NCBI GenBank assembly: GCA_027459775.1
Contig: DAIDHE010000177.1
Coordinates: 1-15,836 of the forward strand
Source: Planctomycetales bacterium
GTDB taxonomy: Bacteria; Planctomycetota; Planctomycetia; Isosphaerales; Isosphaeraceae
Reading direction: 5' to 3'
Length of the DNA: 15,836 bases
The notes under the pieces are model-generated. The model saw only the letters and a program-made list of their open reading frames with translations. It ran no database searches and was not told where the DNA came from. Within the stretch, counting starts at the first letter, position 1. Every line of letters begins with the position of its first letter. Positions 1 to 7,918 of the stretch are shown in pieces. The position numbers and the translations under genes are program-made.

Positions 1-153
1 AAGCGGGCGCGGAACGATGCCGAGATGAGACAACGAACCGAGGGAGACACTTGCTCCCAGACGCCGGGAGCAGCGAGTTCTTAACACAAGATCCGACCTC
101 TGGCTAGTCGGTTTGGAGCAGCCCTGGCGGGCGAGATTCGCGCTGAGGCGTCG

Positions 154-729
154 TCAGGAGGTGGACCGCGCTTGGGACTGGGCCTCGAGTATCATCCGAA
201 GATAAGATCTGGGTTCGAGATCGGTCAGGCCGAGCGACCCGGCGAGGGCGGTCACGGCGGCCTGTGCCGCGGGGATTTCGGAGTCAGTCGCCGCCAGGGC
301 CTCGATCTCGGCGAATGCACCGAGCCCCAGGACCTGGTCGAGGGTGATCAAGATCGGGATCGCCCCGGCGACAAGGCGATAGGTGGTCCGTGTTTTTTCG
401 ACCAGGCCGACCGGCCGAAAGCCGAGCCTGGCGAGCAGGGCTGAAAAGTCGCCAAAAGACGCCGGCCCTTCAGCGATCGCGATTTCGATTTCTTCGCGGG
501 TCTTGGTCGGCCCGGCCTGGCGTGGCCCTTTATAGGTGACACAGTTCGAGCCGCCGACCTGGCGGATGCGAAAGGCCTCGTGGGTTTGAGCGAAGTCGCG
601 GGCCGGGTGGTTCCAGTACAAGTCGCGCTCGACGACGGCGGGCGAGGGGGTCGCGCCTTGGGCCAGGAGCTCGGCGGCCAGTTGGTCCAGGCCGGCCAGG
701 CGGAATTTCATTTCGATTTCGTAGGCCAT
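154..729 (-). CDS. CYTH-domain protein (CyaB / class IV adenylyl cyclase / thiamine-triphosphatase family), 191 aa
   Basis: N-terminal MAYEIEMKFRL matches the CYTH signature (h-E-h-E-h-K-h). Size is about 190 aa. ATG at 729. No stop in frame. Confidence 0.55.
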   Translation of the reverse strand: MAYEIEMKFRLAGLDQLAAELLAQGATPSPAVVERDLYWNHPARDFAQTHEAFRIRQVGGSNCVTYKGPRQAGPTKTREEIEIAIAEGPASFGDFSALLARLGFRPVGLVEKTRTTYRLVAGAIPILITLDQVLGLGAFAEIEALAATDSEIPAAQAAVTALAGSLGLTDLEPRSYLRMILEAQSQARSTS

Positions 730-961
730 GATCTGATGAGATTAAAGGGATCGTTTCGTCTGGGTCAATCGCGTGCATCTGAATCGCGCCTCCGGCGGTG
801 GTTTGAAATAATCACGACGGGGGACGAATATCCCCTGAGCGCGGGGGGCTGAACGACCCTTCAAGGTCGGTTTTCACCGGCACGCGCGAGGGGCGGGCGG
901 CGCGATTTGCGGCCGTTACTCTCAACCACCCACACCAGATCGTTCAACGAGGAGAATCGTC

Positions 962-3232
962 GTGGATTGGCTGTTCACAGGCCCGTCGGCATTTGGAGGT
1001 CAGGCTGCGGGCTGGTCACAACTTGATGTACTGCTGGCAATTGGGGAGTTCCCCAGCGGGCTGGGCTGGGTCATCGGCCTGGCGATCGGGCTCTTGCTGA
1101 CGACTGAGGTTCTTGGGATGCGCTACATCGCCAACAGCTCGGTCGGGGTGGTGGAAAAGCTCTGGTCGCTGAAGGGTTCGGTGAGCGAAGGGCGGATCAT
1201 CGCCCTGGACGGCGAGGCGGGCTATCAGTGCGACCTGTTGCGCGGCGGTCTGCATTTTGGGCTATGGCGCTGGCAATACCGGATCCACAAGGTTCCGCTC
1301 GTGACGGTGCCACAGGGCAAGATCGGATATGTGTATGCGCGAGACGGGCAGGCACTCGCTCCCAGCCAGACGCTGGGCCAGGTGATCCCTTGCAACAATT
1401 TCCAGGACGCGCGGCGGTTCTTGATCGGCGACGCGACGAGCCCCGACCAGGAGCCTGCGCTGGGCCAACGCGGCCGCCAGCGGGCGATTCTGCGCGAGGG
1501 TGTGTACGCAATCAACCTGGCGCTCTTCACGGTGATGACCGAGGCCATGGTCTATCGTCTGGCGGCGTGCGGCCGGCAAGAGTTGGCCACGCTGGCGGCC
1601 TGGCAAAAAGAGCTGGGCGACGTCGAGGGCTTTGATCCCGTGCGGATCGGTCGGCCGGTGGACACCCCCGATCCTTTGAACACCGAGCGGAAACTCTCCA
1701 TCGACAGCATTGGCATCGTGACCGTCCACGACGGCCCGTCGCTTCCCCCCGGCGAGATCATCGCGCCGGCCGTCGGCGTCGACCGTTCCGACAAGGATTA
1801 TCACAACAACTTCCAGGACACCGAGGCGTTCCTCCGCTCGGGTGGGCGCAGGGGGCTGCAGTACGTCCCGCTCACCGACGGCACCTATTTCATCAATCGC
1901 TGGTTCGCCACCATCGAGACCAAGCCCAAGACGTTGGTCCCGATCGGCTACGTCGGCGTGGTCGTGAGCTATTTCGGTCGCAGCGGCAACGATCTGTCCG
2001 GCCAAGGGTTCCGCCACGGTGAGCGGGTCTCGGAGGGCGAGCGCGGCGTTCAAGAAAAGCCGCTCGGGCCAGGCAAGTACGCCTTCAACACCTACGCCGG
2101 AAGCATCGTCCTCGTGCCAACGACAAACTTTGTTTTGCACTGGGTCACCGGTCGATCGGAATCGCACCGCTACGACGAGAGCCTGCGCTCGATCGACCTG
2201 GTCACGCGCGATGCCTATGAACCCACGCTGCCGCTTTCGGTGGTCGTCCACATCGACTATCAGAAGGCCCCCAACGTCATCCAGCGGTTCGGGGACGTCA
2301 AGAAGCTGATCACCCAGACCCTGGACCCCATGCTCTCCGCGTATTTCCGCGACGTCGCTCACAAGCGGACGATGCTGGAATTGCTCCACGAGCGCGACTC
2401 GATCCAGCAAGAGGCCGCCAACGAGCTGGGGCGCAAATTTCACAATTTCGACATCGAGTGCGTGGACGTGCTGATCGGGAAGCCAGACACCGAGCAGTCG
2501 GGCGGGAAGATCGAGACCTTGCTCGAGCAATTGCGGCTGCGGCAGCTTTCGCTGGAGCAGGTCGAGACCTATAGCAGGCAGGTGGCGGCCGCCGAGAAGC
2601 TGCTCAAGCTCAACGAGGCTCAGGCACAGGCGCAGATGCAGACGGAGCTCTCGAACTCGCTGGTGCGGATCAAGATCACCGAGAACGAAGCCGAGGCCCA
2701 GCTCGCAAAATCGCGCAAGCAGGCCGAACAGGTTGTGGTGATGGCCGAGGCCGACAGCCGGCAGCGGATTCTGGCGGGCCGGGGCGAGGGCGCGCGGATT
2801 CTGCAGGAGGGTCTTTCGGAGGCTTCGGTCCAGCTCCAGAAGATCGAGTCGTACTCGGACCCGCGGCTGTACGCCCTGGCAAAGGTCGCCGAGAACCTGG
2901 CGCAGTGCACCCAGCCGCTCGTGCCCGAACGGGTCTTCATGGCCGGCGGCTCGGGTGCGGGCGATTCGCAGGCCGGTGGGGCGGCCGGCAACGGCCTGGT
3001 CGGCCTGCTCGTGTCCTTGCTGGTGGCCGAGAAATCGGGCTTCCATCTCGCTGACCATCCCCAGGCTTCCGAGCTCCGGGCCTTCACCGAGCTCGTGACC
3101 AAGGGCGCGATGGACTCGATCAAACAGGCCGTCAGCGAGAGCGCCATCGCCAACCCCGTAGCCCCCGCAAACCGAATCGCGACCGCGGCAGCCCGGCTCG
3201 ACGACCCGACGACCACCCAGAACGGCGTCTGA
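962..3232 (+). CDS. Flotillin-like SPFH/band-7 family membrane protein (YqiK/FloT-like), unusually long at 756 aa
   Basis: GTG start at 962 with a GAGGAG Shine-Dalgarno 9-14 nt upstream. N-terminal TM helix (GWVIGLAIGLLLTTEVLG). Core IGYVYARDGQALAPSQTLGQVIPCNNFQDARRFL is typical of YqiK-type flotillins. C-terminal Glu/Ala-rich coiled-coil (ITENEAEAQLAKSRKQAEQ...ADSRQRILAGRGEGARILQEG) is typical of the flotillin C-domain, followed by a Gly/Ala tail. Confidence 0.6.
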   Translation: MDWLFTGPSAFGGQAAGWSQLDVLLAIGEFPSGLGWVIGLAIGLLLTTEVLGMRYIANSSVGVVEKLWSLKGSVSEGRIIALDGEAGYQCDLLRGGLHFGLWRWQYRIHKVPLVTVPQGKIGYVYARDGQALAPSQTLGQVIPCNNFQDARRFLIGDATSPDQEPALGQRGRQRAILREGVYAINLALFTVMTEAMVYRLAACGRQELATLAAWQKELGDVEGFDPVRIGRPVDTPDPLNTERKLSIDSIGIVTVHDGPSLPPGEIIAPAVGVDRSDKDYHNNFQDTEAFLRSGGRRGLQYVPLTDGTYFINRWFATIETKPKTLVPIGYVGVVVSYFGRSGNDLSGQGFRHGERVSEGERGVQEKPLGPGKYAFNTYAGSIVLVPTTNFVLHWVTGRSESHRYDESLRSIDLVTRDAYEPTLPLSVVVHIDYQKAPNVIQRFGDVKKLITQTLDPMLSAYFRDVAHKRTMLELLHERDSIQQEAANELGRKFHNFDIECVDVLIGKPDTEQSGGKIETLLEQLRLRQLSLEQVETYSRQVAAAEKLLKLNEAQAQAQMQTELSNSLVRIKITENEAEAQLAKSRKQAEQVVVMAEADSRQRILAGRGEGARILQEGLSEASVQLQKIESYSDPRLYALAKVAENLAQCTQPLVPERVFMAGGSGAGDSQAGGAAGNGLVGLLVSLLVAEKSGFHLADHPQASELRAFTELVTKGAMDSIKQAVSESAIANPVAPANRIATAAARLDDPTTTQNGV

Positions 3233-3346
3233 CCATCGAGAACCGACGGTCGGGAAGCTGGGCATCGGCGTCGATGCGTGCAAGATCGCACCCCTTGCCC
3301 AGCGTTCCGGCTTCCTTTCGTGGTCCGCCTGGCATATCTTGGGTGA

Positions 3347-3371
3347 CCGGACGAGGACGTCCCTCGTCCGG
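3347..3371 (+). terminator. Perfect 10-bp GC-rich inverted repeat (CCGGACGAGG-acgtc-CCTCGTCCGG) between the flotillin-like gene and the GT2 gene. Candidate U-tract-less terminator or attenuator stem-loop.
   Basis: Read directly: 3347-3356 is the exact reverse complement of 3362-3371, with a 5-nt loop. No downstream T-run. Confidence 0.3.
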
Positions 3372-3417
3372 GCCGTGATCAGAAACCGGCATCCGAAGGA
3401 CCGAGAGCGAGCTCGAG

Positions 3418-4305
3418 ATGGAATCTGGACTCCAAAACCACGGCGCGGATCGGTCGGACCTCGGGCGAGCCGCCATGGAAGCCGCGCCGGAGTTCGCAAC
3501 CGAGGCCGAACGCAAGGAGTGGCTGCTCCAGACCCTGGGCGAGCCACTCTGCCGACGCATCGGGCTCTACCGGATCCCCGCCGACTTCGTCTTGTCGGTC
3601 GTGATCCCCGTCTATAACGAACGAAAGACCATCCACGAAATCCTGCGGCGCGTCCGTCAGGTTCCCGTGCCGACCCAGATCATCGTGGTCGACGATCACT
3701 CGAAGGACGGCACCCGCGAGATCCTGCGCGACCTCAAGGACCGCGAAAGCGACCTCGTGGTCGTGTTTCACGAGCGCAATCAAGGCAAGGGGGCCGCGCT
3801 ACGGACCGGCTTCCGACACGCCACAGGGCAACTGGTGATCGTCCAGGACGCCGACCTGGAATACGACCCCGACCAATACCCCGAGCTGATCCAGCCAATC
3901 ATCGAGGGCAAGGCCGACGTGGTCTTTGGCTCGCGATTCGTGGGCGAGACGCATCGCGTCCTCTATTTCTGGCATTCGGTGGCGAACAAATTCTTGACAC
4001 TTCTTTCGAACATGTTCACGAATCTCAACTTGACAGACATGGAGGTCTGTTACAAGGTCTTCCGCCGCGAGATCATCCAGGGGATCACCCTCAAGAGCGA
4101 CCGGTTTGGATTCGAGCCCGAGGTGACGGCCAAGGTCGCGCGCTTTCAGATGCCGGGCGCGAACGGCGAGGGGCCGCGGTCGTGCCGGATCTACGAGATC
4201 CCGGTCTCCTACCACGGCCGAACGTATCGTGAGGGGAAAAAAATCGGAATCAAGGACGGTTTCCAGGCGCTTTATTGCATCGTGCGCTACGCTTTCACCG
4301 ACTAG
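3418..4305 (+). CDS. Family 2 glycosyltransferase (DPM1/ArnC-like polyprenyl-phosphate glycosyltransferase) with an N-terminal extension of about 58 aa
   Basis: Classic GT2 N-terminal motif VLSVVIPVYNE. DxD region (VVDDHSKDGT ... VQDADLEYDP). Length 295 aa. ATG 3418. An alternative ATG at 3475 or TTG at 3592 (MSVVIPVYNE) is possible. Confidence 0.75.
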   Translation: MESGLQNHGADRSDLGRAAMEAAPEFATEAERKEWLLQTLGEPLCRRIGLYRIPADFVLSVVIPVYNERKTIHEILRRVRQVPVPTQIIVVDDHSKDGTREILRDLKDRESDLVVVFHERNQGKGAALRTGFRHATGQLVIVQDADLEYDPDQYPELIQPIIEGKADVVFGSRFVGETHRVLYFWHSVANKFLTLLSNMFTNLNLTDMEVCYKVFRREIIQGITLKSDRFGFEPEVTAKVARFQMPGANGEGPRSCRIYEIPVSYHGRTYREGKKIGIKDGFQALYCIVRYAFTD

Positions 4306-4315
4306 GACTCGCCCC

Positions 4316-5167
4316 ATGCGGAAGATCGCGCCGGCTCGGCTGCTCTTGGTTTGGGGATTGGTCGGGTGTCTGGCCGGCCTGGAGGCCCCCGCCTGGGCGC
4401 AGACGACCCAGGCCGGCGTCAACACCGACGCGAATGCGGCCGCGAAGAAGGCGGCTGGCAAGCGCAAGCCCGGGGTTGATCGAGGGCGAACCAAGCACTC
4501 CGCGGCCAATCCCGACGGCACGTACATGGGGCGGCGGATCGCCGACGTGATGTCGTGGGAGGGCGCCGACTGGCTGTTTCGCGAGACCCGGGTCCAGGAA
4601 GAGCAGCCCGAGGCGATGCTCGACGCGCTCAAGATCCCACGCGGGGCCGTCGTGGCCGACGTCGGGGCGGGCGCGGGCTATCATAGCATCCGCCTCGCCC
4701 GGCGGGTGGGGGCCAAGGGGATGGTCCTGGCGACCGACCTCCAGCCCGAAATGCTCAGGATGCTCAGGGAAAACGCCCGCACCGCCCGCGCGACCAACAT
4801 CAAGCCCATTCTGGCGTCCCAGGACGACCCCAAGCTGCCGGTCAACAAGCTCGATTTGGTCTTGATGGTCGACGTCTACCACGAATGCACCGACCCCGAG
4901 ACGATGCTCAAGGCGATCAAGCAAGCGCTCAAGCCTTCAGGCCGGCTGGTCCTGGTGGAATTCCGCGCGGAAGATCCCGAGATCCCGATCAAGCCCGAGC
5001 ACAAGATGAGCCTCAAACAGGTGCGCCGCGAGGTCGAGCCAATCGGATTCGTCTTCAAGGAATCGCTCGAGTTTCTCCCCTGGCAGCACGTCATCGTCTT
5101 CGAGAAGCCGGCCGAGCCCAAGAAACCTGAGACGAGCAAATCGGCGGCCAAGACAGGCGCACCGTAG
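4316..5167 (+). CDS. Class I SAM-dependent methyltransferase with a predicted N-terminal Sec signal peptide (exported or membrane-anchored)
   Basis: ATG 4316 lies 10 nt after the GT2 stop. N-terminus MRKIAPARLLLVWGLVGCLAGLEAPAWA-Q has a signal-peptide shape. Rossmann motif I VADVGAGAGYHSIRLA. Later motifs LDLVLMVDVYHE and PSGRLVLVEF. The long ORF from 4229 overlaps the GT2 gene and is unlikely. Confidence 0.65.
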   Translation: MRKIAPARLLLVWGLVGCLAGLEAPAWAQTTQAGVNTDANAAAKKAAGKRKPGVDRGRTKHSAANPDGTYMGRRIADVMSWEGADWLFRETRVQEEQPEAMLDALKIPRGAVVADVGAGAGYHSIRLARRVGAKGMVLATDLQPEMLRMLRENARTARATNIKPILASQDDPKLPVNKLDLVLMVDVYHECTDPETMLKAIKQALKPSGRLVLVEFRAEDPEIPIKPEHKMSLKQVRREVEPIGFVFKESLEFLPWQHVIVFEKPAEPKKPETSKSAAKTGAP

Positions 5168-5281
5168 CGGGCGATGGCGCGATCCTCGCGATCCACGGTC
5201 TTCCCGACGGCGACCGCGAGAGTACACTCGAGAGATCGGTTGCCACGGTCGTTGGATTCCACGACTGGAGGATACGCCATC

Positions 5282-6250
5282 ATGGCCGGCGATTTCGAGC
5301 TCGAGACGGCGGAGCTGGAGATTCTCATCTCACCCTCGGCGCACGATGGGGGGGCACCCAAGCCGGCCTCGTCGGCAGTGCAAGCGCGGATTGCCGCGCT
5401 GTCGCATCCAGGCAAGGTCCGCCCGACGAACGAGGACCATTTCCTGGTCACGCAGGTACGTAGGGAACAGCACGTCCTGGTCACCAACGTCCCCCAGAAG
5501 CATCTGCCGAATCTGGCCAGCGACGAGGGATACCTGATGGTGGTCGCCGATGGAATGGGAGGAATGGCCGCCGGCGAGGTCGCCAGCCGGCTGGCGATCA
5601 CGACCGGGCTGAAATTGGTGCAAAAATCGGTGAAATGGGGCTTCAAGATCAATCAGAAAGAGGCCCGCGAGCTGGTCGAGCGGGTCCACCGCCAGCTTCA
5701 GGAGATCGACCGTGTGCTCACCGAGCGCGGCGATTCCGACCGCAAGCTCTTTGGCATGGGGACGACACTGACGGCGGCGTACTCCGTTGGCGTCGATCTT
5801 TTTGTGTTTCACATGGGGGACTCGCGGGCCTATCTCTATCGCAAGGGCAAGCTCAGCCAGCTCACCAAGGACCACACCGTCGCCCAGGCCATGGCCGACG
5901 CGGGCTACATCGCTCCCGAGGAAGTGCGAACGCACAACAAGCGCAACGCGCTCACCAACTTTCTGGGCGGGCATTCGGGGAAGGTCAAGGCCGACGTGCG
6001 CTGGCTGCGACTGGCCGACGGCGACCGGATCCTGCTGTGCAGCGACGGCCTGACCGAGATGGTCGAGGACGCCGCGATCGCGCGCATCCTGAGCAAACAT
6101 CCCGATCCGACCACGGCGGTGCAGGCCTTGGTCGACCAAGCCCTCGCGGGGGGCGGACGAGACAATATCACGGTCGTGGTCAGCCAGTACGCGCTTCCGA
6201 CCTCATCGCTCGCGGCGCCCGACGACGCGTCGGACCCGACCCGGTCATGA
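5282..6250 (+). CDS. PP2C-family Ser/Thr protein phosphatase (Stp/PrpC-like)
   Basis: Motifs NEDHF, VADGMGG, HMGDSRAYL, LCSDGL and GGRDNITVVV. ATG 5282 is preceded by GGAGGA about 10 nt upstream. The Arg/Ser-rich extension from 5174 is probably non-coding. Confidence 0.75.
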   Translation: MAGDFELETAELEILISPSAHDGGAPKPASSAVQARIAALSHPGKVRPTNEDHFLVTQVRREQHVLVTNVPQKHLPNLASDEGYLMVVADGMGGMAAGEVASRLAITTGLKLVQKSVKWGFKINQKEARELVERVHRQLQEIDRVLTERGDSDRKLFGMGTTLTAAYSVGVDLFVFHMGDSRAYLYRKGKLSQLTKDHTVAQAMADAGYIAPEEVRTHNKRNALTNFLGGHSGKVKADVRWLRLADGDRILLCSDGLTEMVEDAAIARILSKHPDPTTAVQALVDQALAGGGRDNITVVVSQYALPTSSLAAPDDASDPTRS

Positions 6251-6298
6251 AGGTCGTGGTCTCCGTCTCGAGCAGGTGGCGGCTTCTGGGATCGAGCT

Positions 6299-7204
6299 TC
6301 AGCGTGATGGCGAGCGGTCGCCGGCGGGTCGGCGGTGTTCGAGCTCGCCGATGAGTTTTTCGAGATCCTGGGGAATGGGGGCCTCGACGCGAATGGGCTT
6401 GCCGGTACGGGGGTGAACAAGCCCAAGCGCCTGGGCGTGAAGCGCCTGGCGTGGGAAAGGAACGGGGAAGGGGGGTGTACTTCGGGGCCGATAGACGGGC
6501 TCGCCAACGACGGGATGGCCGAGCTCGGCCAGATGGATTCGAATCTGGTGTGTTCGCCCGGTCTCGAGCCGGCACGCGAGCCGGGTTGCGAGAGGGCCGT
6601 AAGAGTCGGTGGTTTCGTAATGGGTGATGGCGGGAGAGCCCTGGCCGGGCCTGCGCGCGGCCCCGCGCCTTCCGTCGCCGCGATCGGCGACCAGGGGAAG
6701 GTCGATCGAGCTCCGCTCGGGTACGATTCGCCCCTCAATGATTGCGAGGTAGAGCCGCTCAACGTCGTGGGCCCGAAACAGGGCCTGAAACGGGCGCAAG
6801 GCGGCAGGCCGGGTGACGATCAGGATCGCACCTGACGTCCATTGATCGATCCGATGCACGATCCCCACATAGGGTCGCTCGCGGCCGCGAACGCGTTTCA
6901 GATACTGGCCGGCCCGCTCGAGTAACGTGTCGGGCTCGCGCAGTGTCGTCGGCTGGGTCAACACGCCCGCCGGCTTGTCGACGATCAGGAGGTCGTCTTC
7001 CTCGTACAAAATCCTGAGCTTGCGCCCAACCCGATCGGGACGCGGTCGCGATCGCTCCAGCACAACCTCGACGGTATCGGGAACCTCGCGTGCCGGGTCG
7101 TCGCAGACCTCGCCCGCGACGTCGACCTGACCCCGCTCGACGGCGTTGACGGCCGAGCGCCGGGATAATCCAAATTGCTCGGCGACTCGCTTGTCCAAAC
7201 GCAA
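6299..7204 (-). CDS. RluA-family 23S rRNA pseudouridine synthase (RluD/RluC-like) with an N-terminal S4 RNA-binding domain
   Basis: S4-like N-terminus MRLDKRVAEQFGLSRRSAVNAVERGQVDV. Catalytic motif HRIDQWTSG (HRLDxxTSG). Also RTHQIRIHLAELGHPVVGEPVY. Length 301 aa. Confidence 0.8.
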   Translation of the reverse strand: MRLDKRVAEQFGLSRRSAVNAVERGQVDVAGEVCDDPAREVPDTVEVVLERSRPRPDRVGRKLRILYEEDDLLIVDKPAGVLTQPTTLREPDTLLERAGQYLKRVRGRERPYVGIVHRIDQWTSGAILIVTRPAALRPFQALFRAHDVERLYLAIIEGRIVPERSSIDLPLVADRGDGRRGAARRPGQGSPAITHYETTDSYGPLATRLACRLETGRTHQIRIHLAELGHPVVGEPVYRPRSTPPFPVPFPRQALHAQALGLVHPRTGKPIRVEAPIPQDLEKLIGELEHRRPAGDRSPSR

Positions 7205-7411
7205 CGCGGAAACCGTGAAAGGGTCAGAGGATCAAAATCACACCGCCAAAACCCACCACTCGACTTTACCCCCGCGGAAGACAGGCTTGCAAGATTCCTC
7301 CCTTCTTAGCCGGGACAGCGTTCCTGGCGAAAAGTTTGGTTGCTGGACTCCTGGGCCTGGTAGAGTAGTCCCTCGAACCCTTCCATGCCTGGTACTGAGG
7401 CGTAGACGACG

Positions 7412-7912
7412 ATGCGATGGACTCAGCGGTTGACCATCATTCTGATCGCGGTCGTCGCTACCGCGGCCCGGTTCGCCACCGGGCTCAGAAGACGAACCCG
7501 CTTCGGGCCATTACCGCAAGTCGAGCCGATCTGGGAAGCTCCCGACCCAGGCACCCCGAGCGACTTCGCACTGTACATTGGCAACAGGGCGTTCGAGCCG
7601 GGCGCGATCGATATCCGCGTCGAGATCGACGGCCGCACCGTCGTACAAGAGGTTTTCGAGATCGACATCCAGGTGCCCTACACGCGCTTCCGACTCGACC
7701 TCACTCCCGGGAAGCACCGGCTCAAGGCCGAGACGCGGCGGGGCCAGGCCATCCTGGAGAGAGAAATCTCCATCCCTGAAGAATCGCATATCACGATGAG
7801 CTACTATTACTACGAGCCCTGGTTCCTCGGTGGGGAAACCGGACCGATGATCACGTACCATGCGGAGGAAACTCCGTCGCTACCCCCATGGCTCTGGGGG
7901 GATCATGGCTAG
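7412..7912 (+). CDS. Hypothetical protein with an N-terminal TM/signal-anchor segment, 166 aa
   Basis: Hydrophobic N-terminus MRWTQRLTIILIAVVATAARFA. GAGG 11 nt upstream of ATG 7412. Non-Arg-biased composition, unlike overlapping ORFs. No recognisable family. Confidence 0.4.
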   Translation: MRWTQRLTIILIAVVATAARFATGLRRRTRFGPLPQVEPIWEAPDPGTPSDFALYIGNRAFEPGAIDIRVEIDGRTVVQEVFEIDIQVPYTRFRLDLTPGKHRLKAETRRGQAILEREISIPEESHITMSYYYYEPWFLGGETGPMITYHAEETPSLPPWLWGDHG

Positions 7913-7918
7913 ATGCCT

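Noticed and set aside
211-222. GGGTTCGAGATCGG resembling a tRNA T-arm (GGTTCGA)
   Set aside because: Lies inside the CYTH coding region, and no acceptor or anticodon arm structure can be built around it. Not a tRNA.
3233-3253. Imperfect hairpin GACCATCG-agaac-CGACGGTC immediately after the flotillin-like stop
   Set aside because: One mismatch in an 8-bp stem and no U-tract. Much weaker than the perfect hairpin at 3347-3371, so not called.
1262-3547. 761-aa ORF on the minus strand opposite the flotillin-like gene (similarly 9266-11509 plus, 747 aa, opposite the GH-like gene)
   Set aside because: Arg/Pro/Gly-rich products with no motifs, typical of high-GC antisense frames. The sense-strand proteins have clear family signatures and signal peptides.
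4237-4243. A7 homopolymer inside the GT2 gene (unusual in this GC-rich context)
   Set aside because: Encodes in-frame Lys-Lys-Ile (GKKIG). 7 nt is short for a contingency tract. Noted only as a possible slippage or sequencing-error site.
4229-4315. Upstream extension of the methyltransferase ORF overlapping the GT2 gene by 77 nt
   Set aside because: ATG 4316, directly after the GT2 stop, gives a classical signal peptide. The extension is Arg/Ser-rich and overlaps a well-supported gene.
5174-5281. Upstream in-frame extension of the PP2C ORF (MARSSRSTVFPTATARVHSRDRLPRSL...)
   Set aside because: Arg/Ser-rich and non-protein-like. ATG 5282 has a proper GGAGGA Shine-Dalgarno and yields a normal PP2C N-terminus.
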